From: Anthoceros angustus
Taxonomy: Eukaryota > Plantae > Anthocerotophyta
DNA length: 64,000 bases
Assembly: GCA_010909165.1 (NCBI GenBank)
Contig: VJWM01000151.1
Coordinates: forward strand, 372,001 to 436,000
Reading direction: 5' to 3'
The notes beneath the pieces were generated by a model. That model was not told the origin of the DNA and ran no database searches. It saw nothing but the letters and a program-made list of their open reading frames with translations. Within the stretch, counting starts at the first letter, position 1, and each line of letters opens with the position of its first letter. Of this stretch, positions 34,922 to 46,422 are shown one piece after another. A program made the translations under genes and the position numbers.

Positions 34922-37900
34922 TTATCCTTCTATCACCGCGGGATGGCCAACCAAAAAACTATGGACCAATCCATCCAAGTCTGTCCAGCAGCTCTCCCCT
35001 GGCTGCTTCCATACCTTGGTTCTTATTCTCTTCAATTGCATCTCCTGTGCCTGCTCCCACATCTGGGCACCAGTATAGATACTTGACATCAACACATATG
35101 CTGCAGCATCTGTCTTGTCTAGCTTCAGGGCTTCCTCAAAAGCATGGCGTCCCACCTCGACGTTGCTCCACTTTCTACAAGCACCCAATAGAGTGTGCCA
35201 CACTGCAGCATCAGGCTGTACAGGCATTTTCCTTACTAGATCTAGTGCCTCGTCAAGTTCTCCTGCTCGGCCGAGAAGATCAACCATGCAAGTGTAGTGG
35301 TCAGCCGTGGGAATGATGCCATATTGTTTGCTCATGTCCTCAAGGTACTGTCGACCCTTGTCCACGAGACCAGTATGACTGCATACTGTTAATATACTAA
35401 GGAACGTGATGGCATCTGGCTGAATGCCATCCTCTCTCATTTTTGAAACCAGGTCAAATACCTTCTCACTGTCCCCTTGACGGGTGTACCCTGCAATAAG
35501 TGCACTCCATGTGACAGTATCCCTTTCGGGTAATTCCTCAAACACCTGCTGTGCATCAGACATGCTACCGCACTTCCCATACATATTTATCAAACTTCCA
35601 GCTACGAGCTCATCACCTTGAAGCCCTTGTTCTTTAAGGTGCACATGGAGCTGCCTTCCTACATGTAAAGATGCCACACTTGCACATGCCTGAAGGAGGC
35701 AAACAAACGTTACGGAATTCGGTGCAATAATGCCTTCTTCTCGCATACCCCTGTAAAGACGAAGGGCTTCCTGTCCCATGCCCTTATGGAAATATCCTGC
35801 TATCATGGCATTCCACATTCCTGCATCTTTCTGATGATGTCTGTCAAAAACGCCCTGAGCATCCTCTAGGCTGCCACACTTGGAATACATGTCTACCAAA
35901 CTGTTGGCTATAAACACATCGGATTGAAGGGATTGTTTTCTTATTTGTGCATGAAGCTCCTTCCCCGTCTCCAAAGCCGGGGTGCCCACACTTGCACATG
36001 CCTGGAGGAGGGACACAAACGTCACAGAATCGAGTGCACTGATGCCTTCTTCTTGCATAGCTCTATATAGACAAAGGGCTTCTTGGCCCATGCCATGCTG
36101 GGAGTATCCTGCTATGATGGCACTCCAGGTGACCTGATTCTTTAGACCAAGCCCGTCAAAGACACTTCGAGCATCCTCTAGGCTGCCACACTTTGCATAC
36201 ATGTTTACCAAACTGCTGGCTACAAACACGTCGGCTTGAAGTCCTTGCTCTCTAATTTGTGCATGAAGGTGCCTCCCTTTCTCAACAGCCGGGGTACCTA
36301 CACTTGCACATGCCTGCAGAAGGCAGACAAATGTTATAGAATTGGGTGCAGCCACCTTCTGTTCTTCCATAGCTCCGTAAAGACACAGGGCTTCCTGACC
36401 CATGCCCTGCTGGGAATATCCTGCTATCATGGCACTCCACATCACAACACTTTTTTGATCAAGTTCATCAAACACAGCCCGAGCATCCTCTAGGCTGCCG
36501 CACTTTGCATACATGTTTACCAAACTGCTGGCTACATACTCATCAGCCTGAAGCCCTCGCTCGTTAATTTCCGCATGAAGCTGCCTCCCTTTCTCCACAG
36601 CGAGGACACCCACACTTGCACATGCCTGCAGTAGGCACACAAATGTCACAGAATCGGGAACAACCATTTGGTCTTCTTGCATAGCACAATAAAGATGGAG
36701 GGCCTCCTGTGCGCGGCCCTGCTGGGAATATCCTGCTATCATGGCACTCCACGTCACTACATCTTTCTGACCAATTCCATCAAAAACTTCCCGAGCGTCC
36801 TCAAGACCAGCACACTTTGCGTACATGTTTACCAAACTGCTGGCTACAAGCACATCAACTTGAAGCGATCGTGCTCTTATCTGTGCATGAAGCTGCTTCC
36901 CCTTCTCTAGAGCTGGGGTGCCAACACATGCACAAGCTTGCAGGAGGGAAATAAACGTCACAGAATTGGGTGCAACCATGCCCTCTTCTTCCATAGCTGC
37001 GTAAACACGAAGGGCTTCCTGCCCCATGCCCTGCTGGGAATATCCTGCTATCATGGCATTCCAAGTGACCACATTTTTCAGTCCAAGCTTGTTAAATACG
37101 CTCTGAGCATTCACTAGGCTGCCGCACTTTGCATACATGCTAATTAAACTGCTAGCTATAAATGCATCAACCTGAAGCCCTTGTTCTTTAATTTGTGCAT
37201 GAAGCTGCTTCCCCTTCTCCAAAGCTGGGTGGCCCACAATTGCACATGCCTGCAACAGGCACACAAATGTGACAGAGTCCAGTCCACAAATGCCTTTTTC
37301 TAGCATAGCATTGTGAAGCCAAAGGGCTTGCTGCCCCTTGCCCTGCTGGGAATACCCTGTTATCATGGCACTCCAGGTAACCACATTTTTTTCACCAAGG
37401 ACATCAAACACTCTTTGAGCATCCTCTAGGCTACCACATTTTGCATACATGTTTACCAAACTGCTTGATACAAAGACATCTGTTTGAAGACCCTGCTCCT
37501 TGACTTTTAAATGAAGCTTCTTTCCTGTCTCTAAAGCTCCAGTGCCCACACTTGCACATGCCTGCAGGAGGGACACCAATGTCACAGCATCTGGGGCAAC
37601 GATTCCTTCTTCCTGCATAGCTGTGTAAAGATGGAGAGCTTCCTGCCCCATGCCCTGCTGGGAGTATCCTGCTATCATAGCACTCCACGTCACCACATTT
37701 TTATGACCAAGTTTATCAAACACACCCCGAGCATCCTCAATGCTGCCGCACTTGGCATACATGTTTACGAGGCTCCCACCTACAACTACATCGGCCTGAA
37801 GTCCTCGTTCACCAATTTGCGCATGAAGCTGCTTCCCCTTCTCCAAAGCAAGGGTGCCCACACTTGCGCAAGCCTGTAGGAGGCAAACAAACGTCACAGA

Positions 37901-39097
37901 ATTGGGTATCACAATGCCTTCATCTTGCATAGCCTTGTAGAGATCAAGGGCTTCCTGCCCCATGCCCTTCTGAGAATATCCTGCAATCATGGTACTCCAT
38001 GTCACCACATCTTTTTCGTCGAGCCCATCAAACACCATTTGAGCATCTTCCAAGCTACCACATTTGGCATACATGTCCACTAAGCAATTCCATACAAACA
38101 GATTAGGCTCAACGCGACTAGCCAGGAGATCAACATGTACCTGCTGCCCAGATTTCAAGTCTGCTCCCCTTGCACAAGCCTGAAGAGCTGCAACAAACAC
38201 ATGCCCATCTGGCTTCACACTCGAGCTCCGCATCCGATAATATAGTTGCAAGGCTTGCTTCTCTTGTCCGTGTTTCACATGGGCAGATATTATGGCAGAC
38301 CACGTGAAGGCATCTATTTTGGCAACCTTCGAGAACACATCCATGGCCTCTTCCAGCCGAGCATGAGAAGCATACATTCGCAGAACATGATTGCACAAGA
38401 ACGTATCCGTCTCAGACCCCTTCTTCACGGTAAGAGCGTGAACACGGCGACCGAGAGGCAGATCCGTCTTACCCACACACTCTTTCAGGAGCATGAGAAA
38501 GAGAGATCTGTCAACATAACAGTCAGTCTGCACCAGAACGCCCAGAGCCTCAACGGCCTCACTGAGCTGCCCCTGCTGACATAATTTGCTCACGGTTTCA
38601 GCGGTCAAGCCCCTTTCGTAAACTGCAGACCTGCGGAAATCACCATCATCACGCTCGCTCCCGCGAGACGAAAGGGCCGAACGACCCATCTCCACATCAA
38701 GAGCAGCCAGCTGCGCATCCACCCAAGGTGGCTTGTAGCATTCCTTTATCCAAAGGACCTGCTGGGACTCTCTGTGACGGAAGTCAGGAGATCGGGAGCT
38801 TTTCTTCCGTCGCCTGCTATCCAGCCAAAGTGTGGGGTCCCGAAAAAATAGGAGCCCCTGGCGACGAACCTCCCTGGGAAATCCGCCTTCTGCAGCCGGA
38901 CTTCCTCCTTGTCGACCTGGCCTTCTTGCCGAGCTGCTGCCATCCTTTGCCAACGGTCTGTTCCTTAGACTCAGATGAGCGGGAGCTTTCCCCAGAATTC
39001 CTGCCAACCTCCGCAACGGAACACAGGGCATCAGCGAAACCTGTGGTTTGTGAATTTCAGCGCCTGGAGCAGCATACTTACCTGCTGACAGGAGCAC
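34922..39097 (-). CDS. Very long PLS-class PPR protein (10 P-L-S triplets, about 33 motifs) with E domain and a truncated WW-like PG box; no DYW
   Basis: 1391-aa intronless ORF with ten xVVTWSAMIAGY-type P motifs, HYTCMVDLLGRAG, VWHTLLGACRKW and KQPGESCWTDLDGLVHSFLVG, then a stop. Close paralogue of 2811-5615. The start codon is uncertain. Confidence 0.93.
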   Translation of the reverse strand: MLLSAGKYAAPGAEIHKPQVSLMPCVPLRRLAGILGKAPAHLSLRNRPLAKDGSSSARRPGRQGGSPAAEGGFPREVRRQGLLFFRDPTLWLDSRRRKKSSRSPDFRHRESQQVLWIKECYKPPWVDAQLAALDVEMGRSALSSRGSERDDGDFRRSAVYERGLTAETVSKLCQQGQLSEAVEALGVLVQTDCYVDRSLFLMLLKECVGKTDLPLGRRVHALTVKKGSETDTFLCNHVLRMYASHARLEEAMDVFSKVAKIDAFTWSAIISAHVKHGQEKQALQLYYRMRSSSVKPDGHVFVAALQACARGADLKSGQQVHVDLLASRVEPNLFVWNCLVDMYAKCGSLEDAQMVFDGLDEKDVVTWSTMIAGYSQKGMGQEALDLYKAMQDEGIVIPNSVTFVCLLQACASVGTLALEKGKQLHAQIGERGLQADVVVGGSLVNMYAKCGSIEDARGVFDKLGHKNVVTWSAMIAGYSQQGMGQEALHLYTAMQEEGIVAPDAVTLVSLLQACASVGTGALETGKKLHLKVKEQGLQTDVFVSSSLVNMYAKCGSLEDAQRVFDVLGEKNVVTWSAMITGYSQQGKGQQALWLHNAMLEKGICGLDSVTFVCLLQACAIVGHPALEKGKQLHAQIKEQGLQVDAFIASSLISMYAKCGSLVNAQSVFNKLGLKNVVTWNAMIAGYSQQGMGQEALRVYAAMEEEGMVAPNSVTFISLLQACACVGTPALEKGKQLHAQIRARSLQVDVLVASSLVNMYAKCAGLEDAREVFDGIGQKDVVTWSAMIAGYSQQGRAQEALHLYCAMQEDQMVVPDSVTFVCLLQACASVGVLAVEKGRQLHAEINERGLQADEYVASSLVNMYAKCGSLEDARAVFDELDQKSVVMWSAMIAGYSQQGMGQEALCLYGAMEEQKVAAPNSITFVCLLQACASVGTPAVEKGRHLHAQIREQGLQADVFVASSLVNMYAKCGSLEDARSVFDGLGLKNQVTWSAIIAGYSQHGMGQEALCLYRAMQEEGISALDSVTFVSLLQACASVGTPALETGKELHAQIRKQSLQSDVFIANSLVDMYSKCGSLEDAQGVFDRHHQKDAGMWNAMIAGYFHKGMGQEALRLYRGMREEGIIAPNSVTFVCLLQACASVASLHVGRQLHVHLKEQGLQGDELVAGSLINMYGKCGSMSDAQQVFEELPERDTVTWSALIAGYTRQGDSEKVFDLVSKMREDGIQPDAITFLSILTVCSHTGLVDKGRQYLEDMSKQYGIIPTADHYTCMVDLLGRAGELDEALDLVRKMPVQPDAAVWHTLLGACRKWSNVEVGRHAFEEALKLDKTDAAAYVLMSSIYTGAQMWEQAQEMQLKRIRTKVWKQPGESCWTDLDGLVHSFLVGHPAVIEG

Positions 39098-39539
39098 TCA
39101 ATCGCAAGAATGTCATAAGATCATCTCACCGAAGCCGCTGTAGAACGTCTAGCCCTAAACTCCCGCAGGAATCAGCAGCTTGTGGGGCTCGAACATGAGA
39201 TGCGTGGAGTCACCCATCTAAGTGCTAACCAACAACCCCGCTTGTTTTGCGTGAACTCGCAACCACGAAGAACCGTGATGAAATCAAATCGAATATTGAA
39301 CACAGCTGATGCAATGCAATACAAAGCGTTCACGAATCTCGGGTGAACATATGTTTAGCCTCCACTTGCACAGGATTTCTATAGCAAGCCCGCTGGAGCT
39401 TGGCCACCTTGGAAGTCATGGTGGTGGAGAAGAGATAAGTCTCATGTTCCAGGACCTCGAACCCAGAGCTTCACATATTGGTTGGCCATATTGAATACGA
39501 GGAAGACCGGTGCTCACCGGGGCTGGCAGGGCAAAGCAT

Positions 39540-39700
39540 CATCGGGATCTCCCCATTCCAGAATTTGTTTATCCAAAGGGCCTGCTGGGACGGTCCCGGA
39601 ATAATTGTCGCCATTGCAGCTCCTGGCGACGACCCTCACCGGAAAATCCGTCTTCTGCAACCGGACTTCCTCTCGGTCGACCTGTTGGTGCTCAATCAAA
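39540..39700 (-). pseudogene. Second orphan copy of the PPR 5' cassette, upstream of the long PLS-PPR
   Basis: CAGGTCGACCGAGAGGAAGTCCGGTTGCAGAAGACGGATTTTCCG…GTCGCCAGG…GGGACC|GTCCCAGCAGGCCCTTTGGATAAA aligns to 38930-38745 with a 67-bp deletion. Confidence 0.7.
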
Positions 39701-40495
39701 TTCATCATCCAGCCTGTCCAGGGTTTGCCTTCGCCAAATGGCTGCAATCCGCCAACATCGGGCTCTCCGTCAGGATCACACAACTCCATCAACAGCTCAT
39801 ATCGCCACACTGCCACCCAGCAGCCCCGCAAACTCGTCAGGTAATGGATTCTGCAGCTCAGGATGCCGCTGGAGCTCTACAGTTGCGCGATCTCGGGGTG
39901 TCATTTCACAAGTCCATGACGTCAAGCACTTCGATGGAAGTTTCGGAGACGCTCACCGTTTCGTCTTTCTCCCTTTCTTCACGATGTTTTCGTTCGTCAC
40001 AGTCCACAAGCTGCATTTAAACCTTCGTCACAGAACACAGGCTTCTTCTAGACAATGGGAAGGGAAGGAAAGCGAAGAGCGAAGGGAAGGAATGGAATGT
40101 TAGCAACTGTCTGTCAGCTGCCCGTTCACTCGGTTGTCGAAGAGCAGAAGTAAAACTCATGACAAGCATGGTGGGCTACACGGCGGCGCTTAAAAATCAG
40201 GCGGGCAGGTTCGTCGGAGGGACCGGTGCCGTCCACGGCATGTGCGAAGTACGATGAGGCTGCATCAAATCCGCCTGATGGGTTTTTCTCGCCTGATAGT
40301 TGAGCCCACCAGGCCCGTGCAAGGTGAGAACACAAGCAGGGTGTCATACCTTGCCCATGTTCTCCGCTTTGGAGTGTCCTTAACAGTAAGGATTGGGTTA
40401 GTCACCAGCCTTTACTTTGCAAATGCGCAGTGTGGGCATTGGAATGCTTCAGCTATCCCGAGTTCCGGTGAGGGATTGGTCGAGAGCACAGAGCC

Positions 40496-42602
40496 ATGGA
40501 ATTCATAGACGATTCTCCCAAAGTGATAGGACGAGTATACATCCTAGTGCTCTATGATCCCAATGTGAAAATCCTTCTCAATAGAAGGTTGTGCGAGCTG
40601 GTGGTCCGACTGTACAACGTAGCAAGTAGGCACTGCCTGCCAGTGTGGAAGAGATGTAAAGCCGCTATTCGGAAGTGCAAGCCAGCGCTTAGGGAGTTCT
40701 ACAGGCAGCTGATCCTTGGGGAAACCCTGGTTCAAAGCTCCAGTTCCCAACACTTTTGGAAGCTCAGGAAGCGGGGAGATAAAGTGCAGTATCTGCACTC
40801 CTGTGACAGGTGACTTGATGGGAATGGGGAATGCCTTGACTGACGGCTGCAGCTACTGCTACAGCTACTTCCTTGAACTGGTGCTGAGCATGACATCTGT
40901 TTTCGCTGCAGCGCCTTGCGAGACTGGGAGGACGTGACGATAACTGAAGCCGACTCTGTTACCGTGCGACCGGCTGAGGCATCACGTGCAACTAGTCCAG
41001 GAGAAGGACCAGTTATCTGTCAAGCATTCCTGTCTCTGTGCTGGTGGCTGTGATCAGGAGAGTGTTCCTCTGCGATTCCGGGAGGGCAAAGTCATCAGTC
41101 TTCCTTGTATCAGTGAGCACTGGTTGAAACTCTCGATTGTGGGAGCACCCCAAGGAGCATTTGTTGTTCAGTCCCTTCTGGACCTATATTGGCACGTGAT
41201 ACAAGTGAACAGGTCACTTTTTGTGAGTGAGAGGCACGAACAGACTAAGTCTTGTCGGGTTGCTCACAGGTGGCAGATTCTATGTTGTGGTGTCATTCTT
41301 TCTGAAGTATCTCGGTCTTGTCAGATTGCTCACAGGTGGCAGATTCTATGTTGTGGTGTCATTCTTTCTGACAAATACCATAAGTATCTCGAGGCAGAGC
41401 GTGAGAAAGGTCTCGGCTCCTTTGCGCAGTGTCAAGAGGACTGTGAGCTGCTTTTGAAGAAACTTCAGTATGTCGTTCGTCAAGGTATGGAACCTCACTG
41501 TCAAGTTCTTCGGCTGGTCATAAATTTTGTGTGTTTGTTGAAGTGTGTTTGTGGACAGGCCCTGGACATGTCGTTGTGTTTCCACTGTTAATGAAACTCT
41601 ACATGTGCCCGTGCCCAGGTCCAAGAGTAGAACGTAAATCACTCACCGAGGAAGAAGAGCTTCACAATCACAGGCATGACATTGCAACTTTTGTTTTGGA
41701 ACAGTTGGCCGATCGTTATCAGGTTGCCGACAAGTACAGGATAAATGATGATGGACGCAGCTCTCCATCTCCACAGAAACCATGGAGCAATACAGCATGG
41801 CTGCCTCAACATCTCAACATTGATGACAACAAGGTAAAGTACTCCAGCACCCTCGGCTTCGGCTCCTTTGGAGTCGTAAGGGCATGTCAATACCTCGGAG
41901 AAAGTTTGGCTGCAAAATCGTTTTCTTATTCTACAAATCTCAGGGATACCTTCCCGAACGAGTTGAAAAGCCTGTACAAGCTTAAGCTCTTCCACATTGT
42001 TCAACTGATGGGCTACAGTTACTCTGTTTCCACTGATCAAGAACGACCAACAAGTCAATTGCTGCTTGAACTTATGGATCGTGATCTTCTGAAAAGAAAA
42101 AATCCACCAGTTACTGCCATCTGCCACCCGTCTTGCACCATTTCCTCTCCGTGTGGCTGTTGATATATTACTTCAAATCGCTAGAGGACTGAAATACTCT
42201 CATGAGAGTGGTGTGATGCATCGAGACCTGAAGGCTAGTAATATTCTGGTTAAGCGGATTATGTCCAACGGCAACTCAGAAAGAAATGATCTGTCTAAGG
42301 AGGGCTATCTCTATGTGAAGCTGACAGATTTTGGCTTGGCAACAGAGTACACGGATGACCGTCAGAAGAGTTATGTCGGAACCAGGTACTGGACGGCCCC
42401 TGAGGTGCTTGGTGAGCAAGAATACAGTAAACCAGCAGACGTCTACAGCTTTACAGTCACTTGCTGTGAAGTCTTTGGAGGAAAACCAGCTGAGAAGTGG
42501 TCGAAGATGTTGGCCAGAGAACATTATCCTGCTCTCATGAAAGGTGAAAGACCCTCATCAAGCCTAAGTAGCATGTGTGAATGTAGGCTCGGAAGAAAGT
42601 AG
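40496..42602 (+). pseudogene. Helical N-terminal domain(s) (MLKL-NTD/MCAfunc/4HB-like, inferred) fused to a TKL-type Ser/Thr kinase; disrupted and C-terminally truncated
   Basis: Kinase motifs LGFGSFGVV, LAAK, NELKSL, VAVDILLQIARGL, HRDLKASNIL, VKLTDFGLA, GTRYWTAPE and ADVYSF. One extra A in the A6 run near 42097 explains the break between ORFs 41531 and 42153. Subdomain XI (CW..P..RP) is missing after GERP. Upstream helical segments: LNRRLCELVVRLY…PALREFYRQL..GETLV and SEHWLKLSI…AFVVQSLLDLYW. Confidence 0.75.
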
Positions 42603-42781
42603 TCGGCCAATTGTACACAGTATCTAGGGGAATGATCCGTCTCAGGCAAACATACGTGGACATCATGCCAGGCAACAGTGCCTCTGCTCTGTCGTCCTCG
42701 GCAGCCCACCATGCCTTCGCTGGCGCACCATGTACATACATACGCAGGCGGAATATGGAAAGTGGTGAGCCAAGAATGACG

Positions 42782-44327
42782 CCACATTGGGCCAACAATG
42801 AACTAATGTAGTTTGCATGGTATCAACACATACACTAACCGAGAATCCAACTCGGGCCTGGACATGGAAGCGAATCAATCTTCCACTACACCACTACTGC
42901 TCCATTGTTATCACCTTATGACCTGCTTTCCGTCACATACTGTAAAATTTGTGGCCGGTTAGCCACTTTGCAAGTATACTCGGTTTCTTATGTTTTGCAA
43001 TTTTGGAACTGGGGCTGGAAGCATGAATAGAAGGCCCCTACCCTATCAATTCTAAGCAGCATGCATGGCCGGAAGTACGAGGGCCTCTACCAGGCTGGAA
43101 CAGTGAAGACTGGACAGAGCACAAGTATCCCACATTGGGCCGTCCACTGACATGGCCAGCTGTGGCAGTATCATCCTACGCCCTCCCCTTCGAGGAAAAT
43201 GTCACCTTTCCTAACTAAGGAACGGGCCAAACTTCCGTTGTTGATCCGGCAACTCCCTTCTGAAGGCTTTGTTGATCTGGCGGGATGGCGGCTGGAAGCA
43301 TGCGTCGAAGGTCCCTACCCTATCAATTCTCTAAGCAGCATGCATGGCCGGAAGTACGAAGGTTTTTCATTTAAACGGCAAGTGTTGAGACAGACCTCTG
43401 GCCAGCTTCTTGGAGAAAGTGTTCAATCCGCCCGCTCTTCACATATCGCCTGCCTCTGCTCGCCAAAACAAGGCACGCTAAAACAACAGGCACAATGTAA
43501 ATGTCTACACCGGCCGGAACAGTGAAGAGTGGAGAACGAACAATTACCCCACATTGGGCCAACAATGAACTAATGTAGTTTGCATGGTATCAACACATAC
43601 ACTAACCGAGAATCCAACTCGGGCCTGGACATGGAAGCGAATCAATCTTCCACTACACCACTACTGCTCCATTGTTATCACCTTATGACCTGCTTTCCGT
43701 CACATACTGTAAAATTTGTGGCCGGTTAGCCACTTTGCAAGTATACTCGGTTTCTTATGTTTTGCAATTTTGGAACTGGGGCTGGAAGCATGAATAGAAG
43801 GCCCCTACCCTATCAATTCTAAGCAGCATGCATGGCCGGAAGTATGAGGGCCTCTACCAGGCTGGAACAGTGAAGACTGGACAGAGCACAAGTATCCCAC
43901 ATTGGGCCGTCCACTGACATGGCCAGCTGTGGCAGTATCATCCTACGCCCTCCCCTTCGAGGAAAATGTCACCTTTCCTAACTAAGGAACGGGCCAAACT
44001 TCCGTTGTTGATCCGGCAACTCCCTTCTGAAGGCTTTGTTGATCTGGCGGGATGGCGGCTGGAAGCATGCGTCGAAGGTCCCTACCCTATCAATTCTCTA
44101 AGCAGCATGCATGGCCGGAAGTACGAAGGTTTTTCATTTAAACGGCAAGTGTTGAGACAGACCTCTGGCCAGCTTCTTGGAGAAAGTGTTCAATCCGCCC
44201 GCTCTTCACATATCGCCTGCCTCTGCTCGCCAAAACAAGGCACGCTAAAACAACAGGCACAATGTAAATGTCTACACCGGCCGGAACAGTGAAGAGTGGA
44301 GAACGAACAATTACCCCACATTGGGCC
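42782..44327. repeat. Near-identical 767-bp tandem duplication
   Basis: CCACATTGGGCC at 42782, 43549 and 44316 (period 767). Identical ORFs at 43199 and 43966. Confidence 0.95.
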
Positions 44328-46422
44328 GCTCAGTTGACGGACCAACCTGTGGGATTATAACCCAGAGCTCTCGTTATGGGACGCTGTCTAGTACGACAGT
44401 GTAATGTATGGAAGCTTACTTTATGACAGTAGATAATTTTGGAACGGGGGCCAACAGCATGCGGGCCCTCACCCAATCAACCCTAATCAGCATTCCTTGT
44501 ATGGTAGTGAGACCCGGCGGAATCGCTTGCATGGCAGTGAGACACGGCTGATGAGGTGCCTCCTCCGTCTTATCTAGCAATAGAGGATGGCCCCGAGGGC
44601 CTGTTGTGTTGGCCTGTTCCGGAAGCCTGATCTCACGCTCAACCAGCACAATCCCAGCGCCCCTCTGGCTGTCCAGCAGCTCGTCCACTCGGCTCTCGTC
44701 TAAGTCCCGTGCATCAGCCAGAAATTCCCTCGAGGCCACTGCAGAAGTACTGGTTGTCGAATATTCCATGCAGGCAGCCCTTGTGAACTGGTAGATGCAC
44801 CTGGTGAGCTTTTGTGCCTTGGTGCATTTCGAGAAATCTCCCGCTCCCATCATTCCGCACAACAAAATGACACGTGGTAGGCACCTGGCGTAGCACCAGG
44901 AAACCGCTTAGCGTCTCCGCTTCTGTGGACTGAGAATCTGGAGTGGCACTATACACCTCCAAAATGTTTGGCACTGCAATTCGAGTGTAGGCACCTGGTG
45001 CGGCGCCAACACACCGCTCACCATGTCGATATATTTGGGAATCTGCCATGGCCTCCGCCCACCATGTCGATATATTTGGGAATCTACCATGGCCTCTGGC
45101 CTCTGCGTTTGCTTTCTATGCTCTTTTCAATTCAATCCCATTTTTTTTCTCTCCAAGTAGAACAGCAAGATTTTTCCCCTTCACTGTCCCGTCCTTTGTA
45201 TGTAACATGGTCCTGTTCGTTTTGCAGAGTTATCTGTGTCCACCACAGGCAGGTGTGAAGGCGTGAAGTGTCCTTGTCAGCCGCTGCGTCTTCTCGATTC
45301 ATCTCCTCTCCACCCTCTCGAGTCTCTCGACTGCAACCTTGACTCTGTGAGAGATGTCGACGATGAATTCTGAGAAGCAGAGCATAGGGTGACAGTACCA
45401 CCGCCTTTTCCGTCTTTTGGCCGGCCCAATGTGGCTAAAAACATTTGCGATCAACGTGGCGTCTCTTCTTTTGCCTCGCGTAGGCGTGTCACCCTGTGAG
45501 TCCACAGGGTGACACGCCGTCCACCGAACCGCTCCCATCATTCCGCACAACAAAATGACACGTGGTAGGCACCTGGCGTAGCACCAGGAAACCGCTTAGC
45601 GTCTCCGCTTCTGTGGACTGAGAATCTGGAGTGGCACTATACACCTCCAAAATGTTTGGCACTGCAATTCGAGTGTAGGCACCTGGTGCGGCGCCAACAC
45701 ACCGCTCACCATGTCGATATATTTGGGAATCTGCCATGGCCTCCGCCCACCATGTCGATATATTTGGGAATCTACCATGGCCTCTGGCCTCTGCGTTTGC
45801 TTTCTATGCTCTTTTCAATTCAATCCCATTTTTTTTCTCTCCAAGTAGAACAGCAAGATTTTTCCCCTTCACTGTCCCGTCCTTTGTATGTAACATGGTC
45901 CTGTTCGTTTTGCAGAGTTATCTGTGTCCACCACAGGCAGGTGTGAAGGCGTGAAGTGTCCTTGTCAGCCGCTGCGTCTTCTCGATTCATCTCCTCTCCA
46001 CCCTCTCGAGTCTCTCGACTGCAACCTTGACTCTGTGAGAGATGTCGACGATGAATTCTGAGAAGCAGAGCATAGGGTGACAGTACCACCGCCTTTTCCG
46101 TCTTTTGGCCGGCCCAATGTGGCTAAAAAACATTTGCGATCAACGTGGCGTCTCTTCTTTTGCCTCGCGTAGGCGTGTCACCCTGTGAGTCCACAGGGTG
46201 ACACGCCGTCCACCGAACCGCCCAATGTGGGATAGAGCACAGTGTGATGTTGCCAAGGTTGCTCCGTCCACCGAGCCGCCCAATGTGGGGTAATTTGTTC
46301 GCTCTTCACTGTTCACTCTTCACCCTTCACTGTTCCGGCCGGTGTAGACAATTTACATGGTGCCTGTTGGTTTGGCATGCCTTGTTTTGGCGAGTTAAGG
46401 CAGGTGACGTATGAAGAGCGGG
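44197..46422. mobile_element. Non-autonomous element bounded by about 160-bp inverted repeats (class unknown; MULE- or foldback-like)
   Basis: 44197-44352 (CCCGCTCTTCACATATCGCCTGCC…CCGGCCGGAACAGTGAAGAG…CCACATTGGGCCGCTCAGTTGACGG) is the reverse complement of about 46250-46422. No TSD was found. Confidence 0.6.
44841..46221. repeat. Near-identical 688-bp tandem duplication, each unit ending in a perfect 16-bp-stem hairpin
   Basis: Duplicate ORFs are offset by 688. GGCGTGTCACCCTGTG-AGTC-CACAGGGTGACACGCC at 45483-45518 and 46172-46207. Confidence 0.93.

Noticed and set aside
41531-42602. Phytochrome-kinase (light-sensor kinase) call
   Set aside because: The kinase resembles that family, but no PAS/GAF/PHY chromophore module is visible upstream.
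43199-44292. Duplicate 108-aa ORFs as real genes
   Set aside because: They arise from the 767-bp duplication, have no recognisable motifs, and contain rearranged repeat fragments.
44197-46422. Firm MULE assignment for the inverted-repeat element
   Set aside because: The flanks (TTCAATCCG versus AGGAACGTG) give no 8-10 bp TSD and there is no transposase remnant.
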